DNA of 64,000 nucleotides from Octopus bimaculoides (lineage: Eukaryota): positions 11,163,319 to 11,227,318 of the forward strand of contig NC_068993.1 of the NCBI RefSeq assembly GCF_001194135.2, read 5' to 3'. Within the stretch, counting starts at the first letter, position 1; each line of letters opens with the position of its first letter. Position numbers and translations under genes: made by a program. Below are positions 52,020 through 64,000 of this stretch, piece after piece. The notes beneath the pieces were generated by a model. The model did not search any database. It was not told the DNA's origin and saw only the letters and a program-made list of their open reading frames with translations.

Positions 52020-52570
52020 TGCATTGTTGCTGGTGTTACTACTGCTCGTGGTGGTGTTTCTGGAATGGTAATGCTGGAATTGATGATGGAAGAATGCTAG
52101 TGGTGATGTTAGTGGTGGTGGGTTCGTTGTGATTTTTGGTAAAATCTTTGAAATAGTGACAGCGTTGTTGTTGTTGCTGTTGGTGTTGGCAGTGGTGTTG
52201 GTGGCGGTAGTGTTGGTGGTGCTTGTGGCGGTGGTAGTGTTGTTGGTAGTAGGGGTGTTAGTGGGTGTGTTGCTGGTAGCAGTGGTGGTGGTCGTTGCGG
52301 TGTCTGTAGTTGGTAGTGGCGGTAGTAGTGGTAATGGTCGTGATAGTAGTAGCTTTGTTGGTAGTGAAGGCGGTAGTAGTGGGGTAGTGGCATAGTAGTG
52401 GTGATGGTAATGGTAATGTTGATGTGGGTTGTTGGTGGTGTTAGTTATGGTGTTTATAGTGGTGGTGTTGGTGGTAGTGGTTGCAGTAGTAGCGGTGACA
52501 GTGGCGGTGGTAGTGGTAGTGGTGGTGGTCTGGCAGTCTTGTTGTTAATGATTATGGTCGTAGTAATAGT
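52020..52570. repeat. Cryptic (GGT)/(TGT)/(AGT)n low-complexity tract
   Basis: Directly visible. Confidence 0.88.
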
Positions 52571-52729
52571 GTCCATGGTGACACAAAGTTAGAATGGTAA
52601 TGATAAAAAGATCGCTTGTTTGAATGGTGGTGCCTCACGTTGGTCTTTGTTGAATGGTGATTATAATAATGTAGAATGGTTACCATGGTGACCGTTGCAA
52701 GGTAAATGGTTATCTAGCACTTAGATATA

Positions 52730-52930
52730 CAGTAATCACTCGCCATATCGCAGTTCACCTCTCGCTTCCTCATTACATTGCGGATTTTTCTGGCTAATAT
52801 ATGTAATATTATATTGGTGACTCCTCACCATATCGTGGGTTTCTGCATTTATATATTTTTCAACTTTAATCATTTCTGTGGTAAAATAAATATTTTCACA
52901 CGTAAAAATTAATAAATAGAACTACAGTAC
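52730..52930. mobile_element. pogo/Tigger-like element, one end only
   Basis: TA + cagtaatcactcgccatatcgcagttcac is closely similar to the reverse complement of the right end of 32770-32980; no partner TIR found. Confidence 0.7.
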
Positions 52931-52944
52931 ACTACTGGGAGAAT

Positions 52945-53150
52945 TCACAAAAAAAAAACAACGACAACAGACGAAGACAGGTGGTGTAGAAAACAAATAG
53001 GTGTATTAGTATGACGCTCGGGAATTGAAAAAGTCTTTAACGTTTCGAGCCTACGCTCTTCCACAGAAAGGAACACAGAAAGAACCAAGGAGAGAAACAA
53101 GGAGAGAAAAAATGTGTGTAGTGGTCAGCGATCTATCATGGTGAATGTTC
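52945..53150. mobile_element. Unclassified interspersed repeat, possibly a Penelope-like terminus
   Basis: Recalled as a recurrent octopus repeat (cagacgaagacagg...aacgtttcgagcctacgctcttc); no second copy in the window, so the assignment is from memory only. Confidence 0.3.
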
Positions 53151-53401
53151 TACTGCACTGTATAACACATATGATATATTAAAAGAAAATACGTAGTGTA
53201 CCGTAAGTGAGTAAACAAAGAATCTCACATCAGGAGGTAAGTGTGTGGTGTTGTTTTGCATTTATAATAAAATAAATATATACAAATTATAAAAATAACT
53301 TAGTATTATAATTCATTTTTATGATTTATAACATATACTCGTTGACTGGGTCTTTATATAAGTTTGTCTACAAATTATAGTAGCTCTAAGCTAATATAAG
53401 T

Positions 53402-53652
53402 GGAGGTGCGTGGCGTAGTGGTTAGGGTGTCAGCATTATGATTGTAAGATTGTGTTTTCGATTCCTGGATCGGGCGACGCATTGTGTTCTTGAGCAAAAC
53501 ACTTCATTTCACGTTGCGCATGTCCACTCAGCTGGCAAAAATGAGTAACGCTGCGATGGACTGGCGTCCCGTCCAGCTGGGGACACATACGCCATTGAAA
53601 CCGGGAAACCGGGCACATAAGCCTGGCTAGGCTTTAAAAGGGCGCATTTATT
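53402..53652 (+). mobile_element. Full-length tRNA-derived CORE-like SINE (family B)
   Basis: A-box tggcgtagtgg (53411), B-box gttttcgattcc (53454), core ttgtgttcttgagcaaaacacttcatttcacgttgc, and a tail ending gggcgcatttattt. Confidence 0.9.
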
Positions 53653-54883
53653 TCTTATTTAAGCTAAATTAAACACATTGTAGTACTCATCTGTGTTGTA
53701 TCTTGAGACCTTTAGTCAAGTCAGCCGCATTCATTCCTCTTATGAATTAATACTTTCCAGTATGTTCCAGTAACATTACAGTGATTGTACTCATTTAGCT
53801 ACAACATAAACAGGCAAAATATTATATACATCCATCTACTATAAATATTGGTATCCTTCCAAAGGAATTTTCTTTCGCGAAAAATAGATAATCACTTCAG
53901 CAGATTTAATCGGCAAACGTTTGTCTACAATACAAAATTGAAAAATAAATATATGACTTTATTTGTGGTAAATGCTCTCCTTTAAATAAACTTGTCAAAC
54001 CATTTAAAGATGAACTAAGTCTTTCAAGTGTGAATATAAAATATCGACGGTACAATAGATTCTGGGGAAAATTAAAGGTTAAAGCACACAAAATGTAAAC
54101 TACTATAAAACATTTATTCAATCTTTACAGACAAAATGGTATACTGAAATCGATGTTTAGTTACTATAGACTTTTAGTAAAGTAAGGAACCAATAAAAAC
54201 AAGAAGTAAATAAAACAGAAACGTATAAATTAAAAAAAGAAATATACTCACATAATTACTAGTATCATAAAATTTAACGGCACAACACCAATTACACTTA
54301 AACAACTGTATTTTACATTTAAAGATCACAAGGTTAATTTGGAGAAAACTTATCAATTAGGTCCATAAACTCACAAATCCATATATTGAAGTTTTCAGGT
54401 AACTTTTTCAAGCTAACGTTAAAACTAAAGTTTATGGAATTATACCAACGCTGTCATTAAGTGTTCTACATGTGTCTTTATTAATGAAATAGACTGTAAA
54501 TACTTAAGACATGATAAAGACTAAAGACTAAAGACTAATATTCACCTGTCCATAAACAGCTGCTATTAAATGGTGTTAAGTCGTTAGACTAGTTACTCAC
54601 ATCAAAAGCTTTGAAACTAAAATGATCATACACTCCCTCAGTATATCAGTTTCCGGTCACGCCTTGTGTATGAGGAAAAACAGTTTGTCTGTTCATTTCA
54701 AGTCCCTCCCAACACGTCGGTAATCAACCAATAATAATGCAGGTATCACGTAATAGCTTAGTTTGTCAAGTGTTACGAAAGGAAAGAAAAAAAAAAAAAG
54801 AAAAAATTAACGAAAACAAGCACAAAATAATGAGATGTTCAAAACCCCAGAACAGATAAACACAATGTTTAAAAGTATAAAAT

Positions 54884-54928
<45 letters not shown>

Positions 54929-55550
54929 TAAAAAGAAGAGAGATTAGATTTACACAATAGAGGGCTTCAATGATAGAAACTACGAGAGGTAAACCATTGA
55001 AGTCACCAGAATTATTTGAAAGATTAGTCACCCGATTATTAACCCTAAGAGAAGGAGCAAGACAATAATATTTGATAGAATATCGAAAATAGAAATATTT
55101 ATAGACTAGAGATAAAGAAGCAATGTTCTGTAGATGAAAGTGGAGTTGAGTTTTATCTGTCACTTTACGAATAACAATGTTTGAAACTAGCTTTTGAACC
55201 TGATAAAAAAGAGAAAAAAACACCAAGAAACACACCAGCTCAAATATGACAACAATATTTCATACTAGAGCGATGCCGCTTAAACAGATAAAGAATACAT
55301 TCGAAGTTCGCATGCAACGAAATGTGCATTTAATCTAGATCTGTGATATCACCGAAATATACATCTCAAAATAATGATCTCAATATTGTGGGTGGACTCT
55401 TATAGAGACGATGACTTTCTGCGCTCAAGTAAGCCCAAACATGAATCGGCCGACAGTGATAGGAAAAACCTTCATGCAATAAAACTCGTTATTGAAACGA
55501 ACATTACAAGTTTTAATTTTTAGATGACACCATCAAAATTGCTGATTATA

Positions 55551-55948
55551 GGCGTAGGGGTGGCTGTGTGGTAAGAACTTAGCTTCCCAATCACACGGTT
55601 CCAGTATCAGCCCCACTGCTTGGTATCTTAGGCAAGTTTCTTCGACTATAGCCTCGGGTCAACCAAAACCTTGTGAGTAGATTTGGAAGAGGAAATCTGA
55701 AAGAAGTCCGTCGAATATATGTGTGTTTGTGTGTGTGTGTGTGCGTGTGTGTGCATGTGTGTGTCTGTGTGTCTGTTTCTATCCGCTGTTGCTTGAGTTC
55801 TCCGTAACTTAGCGTTTCAACAAAATTGACCGATTGAATAAGTATCAGGGTTTAAAAAATGTACTGGGGTCGATTCATTCGACTAAAAATTCTTGAAGGT
55901 GGTGCCTCAGCATGGCCACAGTCTATTGACCAAAACAAGTTAGAGATA
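55551..55948 (+). mobile_element. Full-length SINE family A
   Basis: Head ggcgtaggggtggctgtgtggtaag, body, internal (TG)n, and 3' end cagcatggccacagtctattgaccaaaacaag. Confidence 0.9.
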
Positions 55949-56080
55949 ATTAATTAAATAACACAACATCTATGAAAACTTAGCATCAATATGAACGTAA
56001 ACATTAGTTAAATGAAGAACCTCTTGCTTACCCTCTCAACCAAGAAAGGCAACTTCAAGCATTCATCCACTACCTGTAAT

Positions 56081-56372
56081 GGGCTGTGTATTGTGTTCTT
56101 GTGCAAGGCACTTCATTTCACGTTGCTCTACTTCACTCATTTCTACAAATGAGTTGCGAAGACACTAGTGCCAAGATGCATTGGTCTTTCCCTTTCCCTT
56201 GGGTAAACAACGGTGGCGTGGAGAGGAGGTACTGGCATGCATGTTCGACTGCTGGTCTTCCAAAAAACAACCCTAGGTTGTGCGTTCGCCGGTGGGGCGA
56301 CTTACCGCCCAGACTTGTACCCCGGAGGTAGGGCGGCCTCTTAGATACACCCATAGTCATTCGTCACCGACG
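56081..56372 (+). mobile_element. CORE-like SINE with G-type tail, headless
   Basis: ttgtgttcttgtgcaaggcacttcatttcacgttgctc...aaatgagt is shared with 53480-53547, followed by a different GC-rich tail. Confidence 0.8.
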
Positions 56373-56845
56373 AATCGAGTAGTTGTTGACTCTTCCAGAA
56401 AAGAGATACAAGAACGTTCTATGACGATGTTTTCGGTGTAGAGAGTTTTCGATTAATTAAGAGATTCTTGGCTCGTCAAATAGCTGTTTAGTTCAACACT
56501 CGGTATTTTAAATAGAAACATAAACAGCTCGAGATTGATTTGAGAGCGCGAAGGTGGGTTTTAATGTGAGTTTTAAGTTTGTCAGTATATTCGTGTCAAG
56601 AACGCACGTGGGTCGGGCTTCCAAAAACAATAAGTACCAAGCTTATGTATTTCACGTTCGATAACGAAGGGTTTTATTTTAATGTGCTAAGTAGATTTCT
56701 GTATCAGATAAATATATCGGTAATCTGATCGAGATAATATACGCATTTTTTTTTATATTCGTGAATATTGATCAATTTATACAGGGAATATTCCTTACTG
56801 TCCTAAGTATTTCATTCCTACATTAAACACAGACACACACACACA

Positions 56846-56879
<34 letters not shown>

Positions 56880-57125
56880 ACGCACACACAAACACATACA
56901 CGCACAGGCGTATGATATGTATATATGTATATTTACAATTAGGTACATATGTATATATGTATAAATATGTATTTATATCTATATATCAATATGTACATAT
57001 ATATGTACATATATACATACGTATATATATATATATATATATGTACATATAGCTATACACACACATATGTGAATATATATATACATACAAACACACACAC
57101 AAACACATATATATATGAATGCGTG

Positions 57126-57184
<59 letters not shown>

Positions 57185-57211
57185 ATGTGTGTGTGTGTGT
57201 TTGTGTGTGTC

Positions 57212-57244
<33 letters not shown>

Positions 57245-59106
57245 TATGATAAAAAGTAGGAGAAGGTACGAGAGTGTGCGGCCGGATAGCAATCTTGAAC
57301 GGACGAGTGTGAATGAAGTGGTTGAGTCAGTAGAGGAGTAGAAATTTATATAAAAAAATAACACTCAGGTGGAGTAGGAGAGATGGTTGGTGTGGGACAT
57401 ATATTGATTCTTGTAGCCAAAAAAACAAAAACCCCAGCTTGTATCTAACAAAGAAACACACACACACATACACTCAAACACACACACACATACACACACA
57501 CATATACACACGCACACAAAAACTTACGTACATATACATGCATAATCGTATATATATATATTGAGATTATGAAATGAAATATTTTACAACAGCAAACATA
57601 AATGAACCTACAACAAGAGAAGAAAATGCAAAACAAGATGAGAAGCCCTTGCGAAAACTTATTGAGTATTTTGAAGTGGTGTAAAGNNNNNNNNNNNNNN
57701 NNNNNNNNNNNNNNNNNNNNNNNNNNNNNNNNNNNNNNNNNNNNNNNNNNNNNNNNNNNNNNNNNNNNNNNNNNNNNNNNNNNNNNNNNNNNNNNNNNNN
57801 NNNNNNNNNNNNNNNNNNNNNNNNNNNNNNNNNNNNNNNNNNNNNNNNNNNNNNNNNNNNNNNNNNNNNNNNNNNNNNNNNNNNNNNNNNNNNNNNNNNN
57901 NNNNNNNNNNNNNNNNNNNNNNNNNNNNNNNNNNNNNNNNNNNNNNNNNNNNNNNNNNNNNNNNNNNNNNNNNNNNNNNNNNNNNNNNNNNNNNNNNNNN
58001 NNNNNNNNNNNNNNNNNNNNNNNNNNNNNNNNNNNNNNNNNNNNNNNNNNNNNNNNNNNNNNNNNNNNNNNNNNNNNNNNNNNNNNNNNNNNNNNNNNNN
58101 NNNNNNNNNNNNNNNNNNNNNNNNNNNNNNNNNNNNNNNNNNNNNNNNNNNNNNNNNNNNNNNNNNNNNNNNNNNNNNNNNNNNNNNNNNNNNNNNNNNN
58201 NNNNNNNNNNNNNNNNNNNNNNNNNNNNNNNNNNNNNNNNNNNNNNNNNNNNNNNNNNNNNNNNNNNNNNNNNNNNNNNNNNNNNNNNNNNNNNNNNNNN
58301 NNNNNNNNNNNNNNNNNNNNNNNNNNNNNNNNNNNNNNNNNNNNNNNNNNNNNNNNNNNNNNNNNNATATATATATATATAATTACATGTATCTATCTAC
58401 CTATCAGTCTATCTATCCGTATATATTTATGTATTTATACATATATTATAAGGCACAAGAAAAATCGAAGAGCTGTTCAGCACTAAGAGTTTAAGCGCCC
58501 CGCAAAAAAATGAGAAAATTGTATTGTTGCATTTTGAGAAAAGGAAAGAGGGAGAGGGAGAGATAGAGAGGGATGAGAGAGAGAGAGGGGGGGGGTTAAA
58601 GTATGGGAAGATTAGAGGAAAAAAAAGAATGAATTCATAAGCAGAAGGTTATCTCGAATATTGGAAATATGGAATGTGATATCTATAGATAGGTTGATAG
58701 GATAATGCGAAACCTTAAATCCTGCCGGAAAAGATATTACTAAAAGAATGTAAGATAGGCAGACAAATTGATAGATAGGCAGATAGATAGATTGATAGAT
58801 CAATAGATAGATGGATAGATAACTGGAAATAAATTTATTGAGAGAGTGATGAAGTGAGAAGGTGAGAGGGTTGGGAGAAGAAGAGAGTGTAGTTAGGCGG
58901 GTATGAAAAGCAATGAAGGAGGTGAAAATATGGAATGATTCAGCATAGACGAGTTGAAGGATGTTGAAATTTCAAAAACCGCCTCTCCACCCTTCAACCT
59001 GCTTTCAAACATACACAGAGACAGACAGTCACATACGCATAGACACACGGACTCTTCCTCTCACTCTCTCGTTCTCGTTCTCTCTGTCTCTCTGTCCCCC
59101 TCTCTC

Positions 59107-59153
<47 letters not shown>

Positions 59154-59351
59154 ACACATACGTATTTATATATATTCATACATATGTATACATATCTGTG
59201 TATATATATACATATACATATATATATATATATATATGTATGTGTGTATATGTGTATGTGTATATGTATATATACACACATACATATATAATCATATAAT
59301 CCTATATGTGTATAATATACATGTTTACATACACAAAATTAAAAATTCATG

Positions 59352-59386
<35 letters not shown>

Positions 59387-59400
59387 GTGTATGTATGTGC

Positions 59401-59489
<89 letters not shown>

Positions 59490-60151
59490 CATGGATATAT
59501 TAATATGTGTGTGCGAGTGTGTATGTGTTTTAAATGCATATGCCCACTCTTTAATTGAATGCATCATAATTTAGTCAATATTTCTCTTAAGCTTGTGCAA
59601 ATCTGCTTATTTTCAACTTTGTTTAAGCTGCTGGGAATATCATGTTTAAGACCACATGGTTGGTGATCCTTTTTTTAGGCTCTTTGGCCGACCAATTACA
59701 TTCAGCTACCTAGGAGGCAATTATTGCTTGAAAAATCTAGTTATTGAAATTTGTTTACAGCGACAAAGAGCGGTACGGAGCCGGGTGGGTAGTTTTTGAG
59801 ATTGGGACAAGGAGGTGGGTTTCGTATTAGAATGTACTTTTTGTGTTTTTTTTCTTTACTGTTTGTGTATTTTAGTGTCCGTTGTTTTTCTTTGTTTTTG
59901 GTTTTTGTGCTTCTTCGGTTCTTGGAGTGGTGATGGAATGGTTTTTGTTATTGTCATTTCATTGTTGTACATGTAGACGTGCACATATATATATGTATAT
60001 ATATATATATNNNNNNNNNNNNNNNNNNNNNNNNNNNNNNNNNNNNNNNNNNNNNNNNNNNNNNNNNNNNNNNNNNNNNNNNNNNNNNNNNNNNNNNNNN
60101 NNNNNNNNNNNNNNNNNNNNNNNTCTACATGTATATATATTTGAATATATA

Positions 60152-60200
<49 letters not shown>

Positions 60201-61411
60201 ATGTATATGTATGTATGCATATGTGTTTGTATGTATGTGTACACTTATGTGTGAATGCGTATATAAGCATGCGTGTGTGTGAGTGCGTGTGTGTCTGTAT
60301 AGAGTTTCTCCACATTGATAAACCATATTAAAAGTTTAAAAAAAATACATATAGCTACAAATTCTCCAAAAAATATAAACATGAAATTGATAAACAACAT
60401 CAACGACATAACTTTGGAGAACAATAACGAATTTATTAGACATTAATTATTGTAAACACAACAACAACAACAACAACAAAAATAACAAAAACAACAACAC
60501 TAATAACAACAGTGATATGAAAAAAAAAAAACTAAACCCAAAATGCGAAAAATTATTTACAAAATTAATTAATATAATATGACGTATTAATAGAAACAAA
60601 GAAACTAAGTCTAAAAGGAATTGCGAAAAAGAATGAAGAAATATTATCCATAGCAACTGAGGCTTCAAGAACACATAGCAGATTTTGATTTTAACATTGC
60701 TATTTGCAATTACTCTAATTACTTGCTAAATGAATTGGAGGCACTTGGGGATCTGCTGTGGTGAATTTTGAAACTGGAAACAAATAGCAGTGATGATTCA
60801 TTCTGTTGCTGACAAGGGACATTAGAGTATGTTTAGGAATGTAACAAAGGGAAAATTTTTATATAATAACTATTAAAAGTTAAACGGAGAATAACAACAA
60901 GTATAAGAGAAAATGAAAAACTGTATTGATGGTATATGTATTAACTGACGATGAAAGATGAATATGGTTAAATATCAAATTGGTAAATATGTACAGAAAG
61001 AAGAAACGAGGAAACAAATAAACAAACAAGGGAATCGGCAATTGAATGGCACGTTATTAATTCATAGCATCAACCAATGCATTGATATATCACAGAGTTA
61101 CAATCAGTTAGACTAAACTACAATACTTTTCTAAAGATTTTATCTTCTAAATGTTTATCTCATTCTAACAGCGAAGTGTCAAATTTTACTTACAGTACAC
61201 AACTATAGACAGAGTGGTTACATAAACTCACAACATACACACACATATGTGTGCATATATATAACACACAAACACACATACACACACACATACACATACA
61301 CTCACACACACACACACACACACGCACACACACACACAAGCATACACGTATATACACGGAATACACGCATGGAAAAAAAACGTTTTCGGTTATTCAAATA
61401 TGTTCAAAGAT

Positions 61412-61719
61412 ACTCTTTTACTCTTTTACTTGTTTCAGTCATTTGACTGCGGCCATACTGCAGCACCGCCTTTAGTCGAGAAAATCGACCTCAAGACTTA
61501 TTCTTTGTAAGCCTAGTACTTATTCTATCAGTCTCTTTTTGCCGAACCGCTAAGTTACGGCGACGTAAACACACCAGCATCGGTTGTCAAGCGATGGTGG
61601 GGGGACAAACACAGACACAAACACACATACATATATACGACGGGCTTCTTTCAGTTTCCATCTACCAAATCCACTCACAAGGCTTAGGTCGGCTCGAAGC
61701 TATAGTAGAAGACACTTGC
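61412..61719 (-). mobile_element. SINE family A, headless, low divergence
   Basis: Continuous body and 3' half with a short internal (CA)/(TA) tract and a (GTAAAAGA)x2 tail. Confidence 0.92.
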
Positions 61720-62340
61720 TGAGAGAAAAGACAGAAAAAAAGCACGTCTTTTCTTTAGGAAGGCAATGATCCTGTTCTCATATATGCATGTATGTATACA
61801 CATAGATGTAGGTATGTACATATATGTATGGATATACGCATATATTTATATATTATTTATATTATTATATGATCGAACGCCGAGAGAAAGAGAAAGACAG
61901 AGAGAGTGAGAAAGAGAGAGACAATCATACAAACGCACGAATATACATGCACGCACACACCTTAATTTGTGATGTCATCGGGGCAGAGTTAAAGACTTCA
62001 TTATGAGCTATAAGAGGTACAGCAGCTTACGTCTTTTAAATCTTGAAAATTGAAAGCAGAATTTGCATATTCAGAAATGAAATACTCAAATTCAGGTTCG
62101 ATCTGTAGTTAACAATGAAGCCCCAAATATTACAAGGTTTCTGATGATGCGAAACGAAGTTAATTACATATTTGGAACAAAGCAAATGAACGACTCGCTG
62201 TTCTTTCATCAGCGAAACCTTAGTTGTAAATCTTATAACCTCTACAATTACTTCGTTCATACGTTGATGTTTTGATCTTGATTGTATGCGAGATTTCGAC
62301 TGTATGAGAAGTGACGACAAGTATTAAACATTATTGTCGT

Positions 62341-62390
<50 letters not shown>

Positions 62391-62403
62391 ATATATATAT
62401 AAC

Positions 62404-62562
62404 TGAGGTGGCTGTGTGGCAAGAAGCTTGCTTCTCAACCACATGGTTCCAGGTACAGTCCCATTGCGTGGCACCTTGGTCAAGTGTCTTCTGCTATAGC
62501 CTCGGTTCGTCCTAAGCCTTGTGAGTGGATGATTTGGTAGACGGAAACTGAAAGAAGCCCAT

Positions 62563-62566
<4 letters not shown>
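62404..62566 (+). mobile_element. SINE family A, 5' half running into (TA)n and an N gap
   Basis: ggtggctgtgtggcaagaagcttgcttctcaaccacatggttcc...ggaaactgaaagaagcccatcg. Confidence 0.9.
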
Positions 62567-62596
<30 letters not shown>

Positions 62597-63000
62597 NNNN
62601 NNNNNNNNNNNNNNNNNNNNNNNNNNNNNNNNNNNNNNNNNNNNNNNNNNNNNNNNNNNNNNNNNNNNNNNNNNNNNNNNNNNNNNNNNNNNNNNNNNNN
62701 NNNNNNNNNNNNNNNNNNNNNNNNNNNNNNNNNNNNNNNNNNNNNNNNNNNNNNNNNNNNNNNNNNNNNNNNNNNNNNNNNNNNNNNNNNNNNNNNNNNN
62801 NNNNNNNNNNNNNNNNNNNNNNNNNNNNNNNNNNNNNNNNNNNNNNNNNNNNNNNNNNNNNNNNNNNNNNNNNNNNNNNNNNNNNNNNNNNNNNNNNNNN
62901 NNNNNNNNNNNNNNNNNNNNNNNNNNNNNNNNNNNNNNNNNNNNNNNNNNNNNNNNNNNNNNNNNNNNNNNNNNNNNNTATATATATATATATATATATA

Positions 63001-63121
63001 TTCTTTTACTTGTTTCATTCATTTGACAGCGGCCATGGTGGAGCACCGCCTTTAGTCGAACAAATCGACCGCAGAACTTTTTTCTTTGTAAGCCTAGTAC
63101 TTATTCTATCGGACTCTTTCG
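63001..63121 (-). mobile_element. SINE family A, 3' end
   Basis: Closely similar to 61419-61540. Confidence 0.9.
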
Positions 63122-63152
63122 TAGATCTGCCGTTGAAAGGCAAAAGATGCGT

Positions 63153-63224
63153 AGGGTCTATATAATAGCCCCCTTTTTCCCCCAAAACAGTCCAGGCCTT
63201 GTGCCTATATTAAGAAGGTTTATT
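63153..63224 (+). mobile_element. SINE family C variant, 3' tail fragment
   Basis: ccccaaaacagtccaggccttgtgcctatattaagaagg is the reverse-complement homologue of 35535-35580. Confidence 0.55.
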
Positions 63225-63429
63225 GTCGAAGACTTGGCAGTGAATGAGTGTAAATTAAGAAGGAGAATCTTTGACATGCATGATTAAGCTGCAGGCACTG
63301 TTACATCTGCTACAACATCGTCCAAATGTAATAGACTCCACAGGCTTTATCAATAGGCCAAAGCATGTCTCACCTCTCCTAGCGATGGTCTTTTTTATCT
63401 TCTTTTTCTTGCTGTTGTTGTTCTACTAT

Positions 63430-63540
63430 ATTTCTTCTTCTTCTTCGCCTCCTCCTCCTCTTTCTTCAATTTCTCCTGCGCTTCCCCCCTGCTCCTCCTC
63501 CTCCTCATAATCACCATCACCATCATCATCATCATCGTCA

Positions 63541-63574
<34 letters not shown>

Positions 63575-63920
63575 GCAAAAACAACATTTTCTACATAGAG
63601 TTCTATTTATACATGATACCAATTAATGCTAGCATTTTATTGCTATTACTCCTTGTTTTTTGTTGTTCTTCTTCTTTTTCTTCTTCTTCTTTTTCTTCTT
63701 CTTTTTCTTCTTCTTCTTCTTCTCCTTCTTCTTCTTCTCCTTTTTCTTCTTCTTCTCCTTTTTCTTCTTCTTCTTCTTCTTCTTCTTCTTCTTCTCCTTT
63801 TTCTTCTTCTTCTTCTTCTTCTTCTTCTTCTTCTTCTTCTTCTTCTTTTTCTTTTTCTTTTTCTTCTTCTTTCTCCTTCTTCTTCTTCTTCTTCATTTTC
63901 TTCTTCTACATCTTCTGCTG

Positions 63921-63973
<53 letters not shown>

Positions 63974-64000
63974 GGTATATTATTATTATTATTATTATTG
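63430..64000. repeat. Compound triplet microsatellites (CCT, CAT, CTA, CTT, ATT)
   Basis: Directly visible. Confidence 0.95.

Noticed and set aside
53402-53475. tRNA gene calls for the A/B-box heads (also 21614, 55551, 62404)
   Set aside because: No cloverleaf closure or poly-T terminator; they continue into multicopy SINE bodies.
27834-60760. Eyeballed resemblance of scattered peptides to histamine N-methyltransferase (Y...LKRF..S at 27850, LEILSDV near 27995, F.H.I...YY near 37440, GDLLW near 60750)
   Set aside because: The glycine-rich SAM-binding motif is not preserved, one match needs a frameshift, and short matches of this size are expected by chance across many frames. It would need a significant HHpred or tblastn hit.
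62404-63121. Apparent inversion within a SINE A across the gap
   Set aside because: The 381-N gap is large enough to hold the missing 3' half, so two tail-to-tail copies explain it.
1014-63921. Most entries in the ORF track (poly-HT, YI, CV, I, S, K, D, X)
   Set aside because: They are translations of microsatellites and N gaps, which lack stop codons by construction.

Overview
Eukaryotic, AT-rich, repeat-saturated DNA from a gapped short-read assembly: 19 N-runs, all but one abutting a microsatellite. The repeat families and the extreme (TA)n/(CA)n/(CTAT)n/(AAT)n density look like an Octopus genome; this is an inference from recalled repeat sequences, not a database search. I recognise no intact host gene, rRNA, true tRNA or CRISPR array, and almost all of the supplied ORF track is microsatellite or N-gap artefact. 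Well-supported content: two Tc1/mariner transposase relics (one with D35E rather than D34E spacing); five fragments of REL-endonuclease non-LTR retrotransposons (R4/Dong-like RT, CCHC/REL region, and a clean 3' end inside a (TAA)n tract); pogo/Tigger-like and hAT-like MITEs; and about 20 pieces of tRNA-derived SINEs. The SINE family letters A-G are my own working labels. The SINEs show modular head/core/tail swapping, a chimera, a head-to-head fusion, and a 3' tail shared with a putative LINE 3'UTR. A few phase-compatible, exon-like segments (best at 27256-28393) are low-confidence gene leads. I found no clearly novel biological system; the best leads concern retroelement target-site choice, SINE modularity, and the D35E Tc1 element.
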